From Myxococcota bacterium (GTDB lineage: Bacteria; Myxococcota_A; UBA796; GCA-2862545), in NCBI GenBank assembly GCA_039208735.1, contig JBCCQY010000193.1, positions 1 through 14,481 of the forward strand: a DNA stretch of 14,481 nt. The letters run 5' to 3'. Both the position numbers and the translations under genes were made by a program. The notes under the pieces were generated by a model. The model searched no databases, had not been told where the DNA came from, and saw nothing but the letters and a program-made list of their open reading frames with translations. Of the stretch, positions 1 through 7,152 are shown piece after piece. Position 1 is the first letter of the stretch. Each line of letters starts with the position of its first letter.

Positions 1-264
1 AAGGAAGCGAGATGTGGTGGGCGTCATGGTTTCAGGGACCCAGATGGCGCTGATGCCCGCTGGCACGTTGGGGTCCAGGGGGCGGGAAGTCACGCCCTCA
101 AGCTTCAGTCTTGCGCCGGCCTCGGCGTGTCCTTACAGCCCTCGGTCGCCGCAAGACTGAAGCTTGAGGGCGTGACTTCCCGCCCCCTGGACCCCAACGT
201 GCCAGCGGGCATCAGCGCCATCTGGGTCCCTGAAACCATGACGCCCACCACATCTCGCTTCCTT
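1..264. repeat. Perfect 115-bp inverted repeat (1-115 / 150-264) with 34-nt spacer; probable fold-back chimera at a contig end
   Basis: Bases 1-115 (aaggaagcga...cagtcttgcg) are the exact reverse complement of 150-264 (cgcaagactg...tcgcttcctt). The left arm runs to the window edge. Confidence 0.95.
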
Positions 265-288
265 GAACATCTTCGGGCAAGTCCTTGA
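115..288 (+). CDS. LysR-family regulator, C-terminal fragment (5' part lost at the fold-back junction); not in ORF track
   Basis: Frame +1 reads AGLGVSLQPSVAARLKLEGVTSRPLDPNVPAGISAIWVPETMTPTTSRFLEHLRASP* (TGA 286-288). This matches the end of LysR substrate-binding domains (AGLGV.L.P ... GV..RPL ... W ... P...RFL..L). The same frame upstream of 115 is open but not LysR-like. Confidence 0.75.
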   Translation, partial: AGLGVSLQPSVAARLKLEGVTSRPLDPNVPAGISAIWVPETMTPTTSRFLEHLRASP

Positions 289-430
289 CCCCGTTGGTCA
301 TGGAGCGGTGGTGAGGACGAACTGAAGGTACTCCTGGCGTCCCTCCTTTCCGAGCCGCTCAGAGACCCCAATCGCCAACTCCGGACAGGAATGGCTACGA
401 ATGAGCACCGCGGAAGGGCCACCTACCCAC

Positions 431-1048
431 CTAGGCGGGAAGATCGAAGAATCCCCAGCGTACCTGGATCTCGATCGCCGGCAGCACCGCTTTGCCCGCG
501 GCATCGCCGGATGCCGCGGGCAACTCGATCGGCGTGTCCGTACGGAGCATGAGCGTGCCAAGTTCTCGTACGGCGTAATCGTCGTCACCAAAAGGCGCGT
601 CCGGCACGAGTTCAACCGTAAAGGATGCGCCGTTCGGGGCAGCCCAACGCGGATCGTAGTCCCCTGGAAACTCTTCGAGCGAGCCGCACAGCAGATCCCA
701 CGATGCGGCCCCTACGTAAACGCCCAGACTCGCCTGGCCGCCCACGGTGAGCGTCTCAGTCCACGTCTTGCCTTTGGAGAGCCCCTCAAAGGCGCTGGAC
801 TGCAGGTCTATCCCTACGATGAGGTTCGCGGCGCCATTGGTGGCCAACATGCGGAGCCCCCCGCATGCGCCCACTGCGGTCCACGGTCCAGAGAGGTCTG
901 GGGCTGGTTCAACGGGAGAAGGAACCGATGCGGTATCCTGGCCCGTCATGGCCGTGGGAAGGATCGGGCTCAACGTCGTCGTCGGCACGCCAGGGCCGGT
1001 CCCCCCGACGGAAAACCAGTCGCAACCAACCAGAAATAGGCTCCACAT
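431..1048 (-). CDS. Hypothetical lipoprotein
   Basis: ATG at 1048 follows a GAGGGG RBS-like site (the ORF track starts at GTG 1054). MWSLFLVG-C lipobox, then a Pro/Thr-rich linker and a globular region. Lies 17 bp downstream of the co-oriented gene. Confidence 0.75.
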   Translation of the reverse strand: MWSLFLVGCDWFSVGGTGPGVPTTTLSPILPTAMTGQDTASVPSPVEPAPDLSGPWTAVGACGGLRMLATNGAANLIVGIDLQSSAFEGLSKGKTWTETLTVGGQASLGVYVGAASWDLLCGSLEEFPGDYDPRWAAPNGASFTVELVPDAPFGDDDYAVRELGTLMLRTDTPIELPAASGDAAGKAVLPAIEIQVRWGFFDLPA

Positions 1049-1065
1049 GAGCACCCCTCACCCAT

Positions 1066-1722
1066 CTATTGACCAAACGGGAAATCTGCCTCCTGGCGGA
1101 TGACTTCATCGATCTCAATGTCGAACTGGGTGGTCCGCCACACGCCGTCTGCATCCCGGCGCGCGGTTGCGGTGTAGCGTGCTGAGAACCATTCTACGAA
1201 TCCCCTCGCCTTTGGGTCCGTGGGGGCCACCGAGAAGTGTGGCGTGTTGCCGGAATAGGTCACGAGGGCGTCATCGGGCCCAAGCAGTTCCACATTCACA
1301 TTCCCCGGAATGTTGCGCGCTGTGTTGTAGCCGCTTTGCAGGGCGAACTGTTCGATAAATCCCACGAGCGCAGGCAACCCCTCCAGCACATCGCCGTTGG
1401 GAGCCCCAAAGAATCGGAACTCCGAAACCACATCACTCGCGAAGCAATCGCCCAGCGCGTCAAGGGCCGCAGTTTGGGATCCTCCAAGATCGAAGAACAC
1501 GAGATCGTGTCCCCGACCGTAACAATCGGCGAATCGCGTCAGGGCCGCAACATCGACCTGGGACGCAAGGGTTTCATTCAAATCGATCACATCATTCGAC
1601 AGGTCGTCGAACGCCTGGGCCAACCCACTCGTTTCGGTCTCGCCGCCGATGGGCGAGGGATTCTCTGGGGACTCCGCACACCCCATGGCCGCAAACAGGA
1701 CGGACAATGCAAAGCGTCTCAT
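1066..1722 (-). CDS. Lipoprotein with SnoaL-like/NTF2-like domain
   Basis: Start reassigned to ATG 1722 (GGAGAGG RBS). MRRFALSVLFAAMG-C lipobox. NTF2-like pattern: helix YGRGHD, LGDCFASDV, GLPALVGF, NVNVELLGPDDA, and terminal RY...RRDADGVWR. Confidence 0.75.
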   Translation of the reverse strand: MRRFALSVLFAAMGCAESPENPSPIGGETETSGLAQAFDDLSNDVIDLNETLASQVDVAALTRFADCYGRGHDLVFFDLGGSQTAALDALGDCFASDVVSEFRFFGAPNGDVLEGLPALVGFIEQFALQSGYNTARNIPGNVNVELLGPDDALVTYSGNTPHFSVAPTDPKARGFVEWFSARYTATARRDADGVWRTTQFDIEIDEVIRQEADFPFGQ

Positions 1723-1782
1723 GGACCTCTCCATTCTTGACGACGTCTTTCGTCGTTGAGAGGAAAAGTACGGTCTCGCATT

Positions 1783-1830
1783 CGCTACCGGTAGCGCTTG
1801 GATACGCAAGTGCATCGTGCGAGACACGCA
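1783..1830. promoter_or_regulatory. Putative LysR binding sites in the divergent promoter
   Basis: T-N11-A dyad TGCG-agaca-CGCA at 1818-1830, a second CGCA half-site 22 bp away (1805-1808), and a perfect 14-bp palindrome cgctaccggtagcg at 1783-1796. Confidence 0.5.
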
Positions 1831-1854
1831 TGAATGGGTCGGCTACGGGCTGCC

Positions 1855-2754
1855 ATGCAGACGGAATCGCTCGCGCTCTTCGTGCAAGTGGTGCGGCGGG
1901 GGAGCTTCGCCGAGGTCGCTCGCCAACAGGGCATCGCGCCATCATCGGTGTCGCGCGCCATGACCGGACTCGAGGATGAGATTGGCGCCCGACTGTTGAC
2001 GCGCACGACGCGGCGCTTGGCGCTGACCGAGGCCGGTCAGGTGTTCTTCGAGCGGATTGAGCCCCTGGTCAACGCCCTTGAAGAAGCCCGCGACGCCACG
2101 CGCGACCAGGTGGGCGAACTGTCGGGAACGCTACGACTTACTGCTCCCGTCACCTTCGCCGAACTGCATCTCGTCGAAGCCCTTCCGCGATTTCTCGAGC
2201 GCTACCCTGGCGTGTCCATCGAGCTGCTGGCCACGAATCGCATGGTCGATCTTGTCGAGGAGCAGGTCGACGTGGCGATTCGTCTGGGCCGACTCTCGGA
2301 CTCGACGCACGTGGCGGTTCGGCTGGCCGAGATGCCATACGTGTGCTGCGCAAGTCCTGGGTACCTCTCCGGGAATGGCATACCGCAGCATCCCATGGAG
2401 CTGGTTGATCACCGATGCTTGCGGTTGACGATGGCAACCCGCTCGACCCGTTGGCGGTTCAGCAACCCCAAAGGTGAAGTGATGGACGTCGAGGTCCAGG
2501 GACGCCTCGCGGTGACAAGCACGACAGCGCTTCGTGAATGGGCCATCCGGGGCCTCGGGGTGGTTCTGCTACCCCGGTGGAACGTGGCCCACGAACTGGC
2601 CACAGGGCGGCTGGCCGCAATCCTGGCGGATTGGCAAGGGAGCGCATCTGATCTCGATGGGGCGGTCTGGCTGCTCTACCCAAGCCGCGCCTACCTCCCG
2701 CTTCGGGTTCGGCGGTTCGTCACGTTCCTACGGGAAGCGTTGACCGACCTTTAG
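1855..2754 (+). CDS. LysR-family transcriptional regulator, CrgA-like
   Basis: N-terminal wHTH (FVQVVRRGSFAEVAR...SSVSRAMTGLEDEIGARLLTRTTRRLALTEAG) and CrgA-type effector domain (GTLRLTAP, VDLVEEQVDVAIRLG, ASPGYL...P..P.EL..HRCL). Likely start MQTESL at 1855 (ORF track 1834). Confidence 0.95.
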   Translation: MQTESLALFVQVVRRGSFAEVARQQGIAPSSVSRAMTGLEDEIGARLLTRTTRRLALTEAGQVFFERIEPLVNALEEARDATRDQVGELSGTLRLTAPVTFAELHLVEALPRFLERYPGVSIELLATNRMVDLVEEQVDVAIRLGRLSDSTHVAVRLAEMPYVCCASPGYLSGNGIPQHPMELVDHRCLRLTMATRSTRWRFSNPKGEVMDVEVQGRLAVTSTTALREWAIRGLGVVLLPRWNVAHELATGRLAAILADWQGSASDLDGAVWLLYPSRAYLPLRVRRFVTFLREALTDL

Positions 2755-4243
2755 CGGCACCGTCAGCCCGAGGGAGCCACACCTGGGCTTGCGCTCCTCC
2801 GCCCTCCCGTCGCGTCAGCGCAAGCCAACCTCCGTGGGCCCGAGCGATGTCGCGACACAGTGCGAGGCCCAATCCCGTGCCCTCTGCCTTGGTACTGAAG
2901 AACGGCAAGGTTGCCCGTTCCAGCACCTCATTCGAGAGTCCCTGTCCACGGTCCGACACCGTCAGGGTCCACCCAGATGGGGCTGTCTGAACGGCAAGGG
3001 TGATTTCGTCCTCGGTGCTGCCCGACTCCACAGCGTTCTTCAGCAGGTTGAGAACCACTTGCTCAAGTTGCGCCCGGTCGAAGCGGGCCGTCCCCGAGAC
3101 CTCCCCTTGAACAACGAACGGCGACAGCAACCGAAGGTCGGAGACAAAGTCCTCCCATTCAACCTCCGCGGGCCGTGGTCTCGGAAGCCGGGTGAAAGCC
3201 GCATACTCCGCCAGAAACGACGAGAGATGGTCCACCCGTGCTCGCAAGGCGTCCACGACCCGGGGGAGCCGTTGGGCATCGCCTTGTTCCATCACCAACC
3301 GCATCGAATGCAACAGCGAAGACATGGGCGCCAGGCTGTTGTTCAGCTCGTGCGCGAGGGCCCGAATAAGGCGCTTCCAGCTCTCGACCTCCGCCTGATC
3401 GAGCGCCTGGGTGAGCCGCCGCCCCACCGTCAAGCGATGAGGGTATCCGGCTAGCGATACCTCCTTCTGCGTGACCAACCACGTTTCGTTTCGGTCATCG
3501 GGCTGGACCAGGAGCCCTTCGGTGTCCATCAAGGCCTCGGGCAATGGCGAAGGGCTTGCAAAGACCTGGTGCCCCGAAGGGTCTCGCAGCACGATCGCTT
3601 CCTCCACCCCACCCAACACAGCATCGAGAAGGGCCTGTTGCTCTCGAAGGGCTTCGATGTCGACCGTGGATCGATGAATGAGATCCGACCCTGCCACCGC
3701 GAGCGCCGCAGCCACCCCCGGCGCGACCACTGAAGCCACCACCGTTGGAAGGTCGGCCGGTGCCCCCCAAATCCAAGCCCCCAGCGTCATTCCCAATGGC
3801 GTCACGGCGGTAGCCAAGAGCACGACCCGCAATGTCGCCTGCGGTGAGGTGGGCACAAGGAGGGGGTAGATAGCGATCAAGAGGGAGGCCCAGGTCAGCA
3901 CGGGTGCGGGAATCTCGGCCGCCGTCGCATTGAGCCCCGTGACCACGGCTGTGGTGAAGCTCGAGGTGATCACCACGATGGGGCCTGCGCGGAGCACGTT
4001 GAGGTCCGACATTCGGCTCGATGCTGCCACCGCCAACCCGGTCCAGATCCCAGCCGAAATGATGTCGACGTCTTGGGTAAGCACAGTCAAATCACGCTCG
4101 GTACCAAGCCACGCAAGCCAAGCCAGCCCGCCCCAGCTCATGAACTGTAAGGCCATCGCAATGAGCCATGCGACTCGCCGAAGCCGCTGTCGAGCCCGAG
4201 CGAGACTGACGTTGGACAACGCCTCCAGTTCTTGGGGCCTCAT
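2720..4243 (-). CDS. Membrane sensor histidine kinase, partner of the adjacent sigma54 regulator
   Basis: About 6 hydrophobic N-terminal segments and a reduced PAS-like linker. H-box LAHELNNSLAP, N-box QVVLNLLKNAVES, G1 DRGQG, F PFFSTK, G2 GTGLGL. ATGA overlap with the upstream regulator; 35-bp convergent overlap with the LysR gene. Confidence 0.93.
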   Translation of the reverse strand: MRPQELEALSNVSLARARQRLRRVAWLIAMALQFMSWGGLAWLAWLGTERDLTVLTQDVDIISAGIWTGLAVAASSRMSDLNVLRAGPIVVITSSFTTAVVTGLNATAAEIPAPVLTWASLLIAIYPLLVPTSPQATLRVVLLATAVTPLGMTLGAWIWGAPADLPTVVASVVAPGVAAALAVAGSDLIHRSTVDIEALREQQALLDAVLGGVEEAIVLRDPSGHQVFASPSPLPEALMDTEGLLVQPDDRNETWLVTQKEVSLAGYPHRLTVGRRLTQALDQAEVESWKRLIRALAHELNNSLAPMSSLLHSMRLVMEQGDAQRLPRVVDALRARVDHLSSFLAEYAAFTRLPRPRPAEVEWEDFVSDLRLLSPFVVQGEVSGTARFDRAQLEQVVLNLLKNAVESGSTEDEITLAVQTAPSGWTLTVSDRGQGLSNEVLERATLPFFSTKAEGTGLGLALCRDIARAHGGWLALTRREGGGAQAQVWLPRADGAAKGRSTLPVGT

Positions 4244-5547
4244 CGCCCGACCTTGCGGTGAATGCGAATGCTAAGCCGATCCATCCGTCGATAGAGCGCT
4301 TGTCGAGACAATCCCAGCGCCTCGGCCGCACGAGCCACCACCCCATCTGCGGCCAGGAGAGCAGCCCGGATTTGGGCTGCTTCCTGGGAGTCTGACGAAG
4401 ATGCCGTGCGCGTAAGCCCTAGGTCGGCGGCACCGATGCGTTCGCCTTCCCGCACCAACACCGCTCGCTGTACAGCACTCTGCAGCTCCCGCACGTTGCC
4501 CGGCCACGCATGCTCCCGCAGCAAACGGCGGGCCGTTCCCTCGAGCAACGATGGGTTCACACCGGCTTCGGCCAGGAAGTGCTCGGCCAACAACTCGATG
4601 TCGTCGGGTCGCTCCACAAGGGCCGGAACCTCGAGTTCGATGACCGCCAAGCGATAGTAGAGATCGTCTCGAAAACGCCCTGCGTCCATTTCGGCCTTTA
4701 AATCTGCATTCGTCGCTGTGATGAGCCGTACATCGCTCCGCCGCACCTCACTCGACCCAAGACGGCTGTACTCGCCGGACTGCAGTACACGAAGCAAGGC
4801 CGCCTGCCCACGCTCGGTGAGGGTGGCAATCTCATCGAGGAACAAGGTCCCGCCGTTGGCTGCTTCAAACCGACCCTGGCGCAAGGTCTGCGCCCCCGTA
4901 TAAGCACCGGGCTCGGCCCCGAACAGCTCCGCCTCGAGCAATTCTGGCGGCAACGCACCCGCATTCACCCGAAGGAAGGGTCGATTATGGCGTTCACTGT
5001 TGGCTTGAACCAACGCCGCCACGCGTTCCTTGCCTGCGCCAGAAGGACCCGTCACCAGCACCGGAACATTGGCCCGCGCCACCCGCAGGGCCAACTTGAC
5101 GACCCCGTGCATCTGGGGACTCCGATAGACCAGTCCCGCCAGGTTGACGTCCTGAACGGGGCTCCCTGCGACGGCGCGAGCCGCCAGAAGACGTCGGACC
5201 TTGACCACGAGCCGAGCATCGTCCCACGGCTTGCAGAGGTAGTCATCGGCGCCCTCCCGTACGAGGTCTACCGCCATTTGCAGATCGGTCCACGCCGTCA
5301 TCAAGATGACGGGCAGGTCCGGGTCCGTGGCCCGTAAGGCCCGAAACAGCTCGACCCCCTCCTCACCGGTGGTGGCCGAGGCGGTGAAATTCATGTCTTG
5401 GACCACCACGCCAGTCTCCCCACGCTGCACGACCTGAAGCGCTTCGGAGGGGGAACTCGCAACCTCTACCTCGAAGTCGTGCAGGACAAACAGCAGCTGA
5501 AGGGCCTCGAGCACCGCAGGGTGGTCGTCGACAACGAGCACGTGCAT
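4240..5547 (-). CDS. Sigma54-dependent (NtrC-family) response regulator, REC-AAA+-Fis HTH
   Basis: REC domain (VLVVDD, QDMNF phospho-Asp, KPW). Walker A GPSGAGKE, ELFGAEPGAYTGA (GAFTGA loop variant), Walker B LFLDEI, FRDDLYYRL, WPGNVREL. C-terminal HTH AAEALGLSRQALYRRM. Confidence 0.96.
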   Translation of the reverse strand: MHVLVVDDHPAVLEALQLLFVLHDFEVEVASSPSEALQVVQRGETGVVVQDMNFTASATTGEEGVELFRALRATDPDLPVILMTAWTDLQMAVDLVREGADDYLCKPWDDARLVVKVRRLLAARAVAGSPVQDVNLAGLVYRSPQMHGVVKLALRVARANVPVLVTGPSGAGKERVAALVQANSERHNRPFLRVNAGALPPELLEAELFGAEPGAYTGAQTLRQGRFEAANGGTLFLDEIATLTERGQAALLRVLQSGEYSRLGSSEVRRSDVRLITATNADLKAEMDAGRFRDDLYYRLAVIELEVPALVERPDDIELLAEHFLAEAGVNPSLLEGTARRLLREHAWPGNVRELQSAVQRAVLVREGERIGAADLGLTRTASSSDSQEAAQIRAALLAADGVVARAAEALGLSRQALYRRMDRLSIRIHRKVGR

Positions 5548-5553
5548 GAGAAG

Positions 5554-5610
5554 ATCGTACCACCGCGATGCGGCCGGACACCTGTCCGGGTCTCCTGGAC
5601 ACTCGTCCGG
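5554..5610 (-). promoter_or_regulatory. Putative promoter of the response regulator: extended -10 plus tandem palindromic operator
   Basis: Minus strand TGG-TACGAT (-10 at 5559-5554) lies 6 nt before the ATG, with no SD. Palindromes ccggaca-cc-tgtccgg (5574-5589) and ctggaca-ct-cgtccgg (5595-5610) are 21 bp apart. Confidence 0.55.
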
Positions 5611-5620
5611 TCGCTACGTC

Positions 5621-6943
5621 CTACGAGACCGATGTCGTCGCCGTCGAGGCCAGCGAACGCCTGCGTGCAGGGAAAGCCAGAATGAAGGTGGCGCCTTGGT
5701 CTGGCTCGCTCTCGGCCCAGAGCCGGCCCCCCATCTCCTCGGCTAGGCGACGGCTGATCGCAAGGCCAAGACCGGTCCCACCGTACCGTACCTGGACGTT
5801 GGGATTTGCCTGCTCAAACGGTGAGAAAATGGCTTCGAGCCGCTCCTTAGGAATGCCAGGACCATCATCGTGGACCGACACGCGCTGCCAACGCCCCACC
5901 TGGGCCACGCGCACCTCAATCGTGCCGTCGCTGGTGAACTTCGCGGCATTACCGAGCAAGTTCGTAACGATCTGGCGAGTTCGCAGCGGATCGAGCGTGA
6001 TGGCCCCCACCTGCTCGAGCCGAAGCTCCAAGCGATTGCCATTGGCGTGAAGCTGCGGCAAGAGAATGTCACACACCTGCCGAACCAGCATGTCTAGGGC
6101 CACCGCTTCAGATTCGAACTGGACCTTTCCGGCTTCGATGCGGGATAGGTCGAGGACCTGGTTCACAAGGTCGAGCAAGTGCCGCGCCGCCGTTTGGATC
6201 CGCATCAAGTCCCGCGCTTGCGGTTCATCGACGGTGTCTTCGGCGACGAGTTCAGCGTACCCAATCACCGCATTCAGAGGCGTTCGGAGTTCATGCGACA
6301 TTGCAGCCAGAAATCCACTCTTGGCCCGACTCGCCTGGGTGGCGAGTTCGTGCGCCTCAAGCAGCTGAGAGCGCACTTGGTCCGCATCGGCGAGCGCAAA
6401 CATCCAGTCCCGCCCTAGCCGGGCCAGCATGATCGTGCTGAACGCAAGAACCAGCAACTGGGCGATCGCTGCCGTGATGACCTGCCAGTTGAGCAAAACA
6501 TCGACATCGATCGAGGCCTGTAGCCCGTAGCCAAACGCCAAGATCCCGACCAACACAGCCCCCAGGCGCGACGCCTGGGCCGGAGGATGGGTGAGGTGAA
6601 ACAGGAATACCGTCAAAATCGACATTGGAAAAGCAAGGCCGAACTTCAGCAAGAACGGGGCAATCGCCGTCATAGCGAACAGGTAGGCGTACATCGTCCC
6701 GGCAAAGAGCCGCCGCGAAGCTCGCTGATAACCATTTCGAACGAGAAGCCAGGCCACAAAACAGGTGATGGCCACGGTGAACGGCGCAAAGAACGACGGC
6801 AGATTGACCCCTGAAATCAGCTGGGGAATCCCCGTTAAGCTCCCCACTCCAAAGAGGAAGGTGAACAGGGCCGCCGCCACTTCAAGACTGCGGGTACGCA
6901 AGCGTTCAGCGAGGTTGGGGGTCACCGGTTCGGGCGTCGCCAT
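5621..6943 (-). CDS. Membrane sensor histidine kinase (HisKA + HATPase_c), no receiver domain
   Basis: About 6 TM segments and a coiled coil. AKSGFLAAMSHELRTPLNAVIGY, QIVTNLLGNAAKFT, DDGPGI, FSPFEQ, GGTGLGLAIS. Start ATG 6943 or GTG 6946. Confidence 0.95.
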   Translation of the reverse strand: MATPEPVTPNLAERLRTRSLEVAAALFTFLFGVGSLTGIPQLISGVNLPSFFAPFTVAITCFVAWLLVRNGYQRASRRLFAGTMYAYLFAMTAIAPFLLKFGLAFPMSILTVFLFHLTHPPAQASRLGAVLVGILAFGYGLQASIDVDVLLNWQVITAAIAQLLVLAFSTIMLARLGRDWMFALADADQVRSQLLEAHELATQASRAKSGFLAAMSHELRTPLNAVIGYAELVAEDTVDEPQARDLMRIQTAARHLLDLVNQVLDLSRIEAGKVQFESEAVALDMLVRQVCDILLPQLHANGNRLELRLEQVGAITLDPLRTRQIVTNLLGNAAKFTSDGTIEVRVAQVGRWQRVSVHDDGPGIPKERLEAIFSPFEQANPNVQVRYGGTGLGLAISRRLAEEMGGRLWAESEPDQGATFILAFPARRRSLASTATTSVS

Positions 6944-7014
6944 CACAGGCCGACCCCGGCAAACGTTGGCCGAGACCTGAGTTTTAACGCGGGCAATGTT
7001 GCAGATTCAGACAT
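6943..7014 (-). CDS. Putative 23-aa leader ORF (MSESATLPALKLRSRPTFAGVGL)
   Basis: GGAG lies 6 nt upstream of ATG 7014. Its TGA overlaps the kinase ATG (TGATG). Confidence 0.35.
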   Translation of the reverse strand: MSESATLPALKLRSRPTFAGVGL

Positions 7015-7152
7015 AAGGGGCTCCACGACGAACCGTCGGCGGCGACCTGGATAAGACCGTCTCAGCCATTGGTTCGTCAAGACCTTGGCACACCAAATGT
7101 GCTGCGCAGACCACTCTGTCACGCGTGAACAGCAAGAAGTAACCCGGACCCT

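Noticed and set aside
1..264. Inverted repeat as transposon ends, MITE or protelomerase hairpin telomere
   Set aside because: The arms consist of LysR coding sequence, there is no transposase or protelomerase nearby, and the spacer is asymmetric. A fold-back artefact explains it better.
105..1103. ORFs 105..422(-), 298..615(-), 401..1039(+), 747..1103(+)
   Set aside because: Shadow or alternative-frame ORFs of the LysR fragment and the lipoprotein. Arg/Ser/Pro-rich, with no motifs.
2789..6980. Numerous plus-strand and alternative-frame ORFs over the kinase and regulator genes
   Set aside because: They overlap well-supported genes and are expected in GC-rich DNA.
7030..7080. GGCTGAGA (minus strand) suggesting a TPP riboswitch near a TenA-superfamily gene
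   Set aside because: The remaining TPP consensus (ACCTGA...GCGNAGG) is missing, and the site is downstream of that gene.
7086..7102. TGGCAC as a sigma54 -24 element
   Set aside because: GG-N10 is followed by GT rather than GC, and it points toward the 3' end of an oppositely oriented gene.
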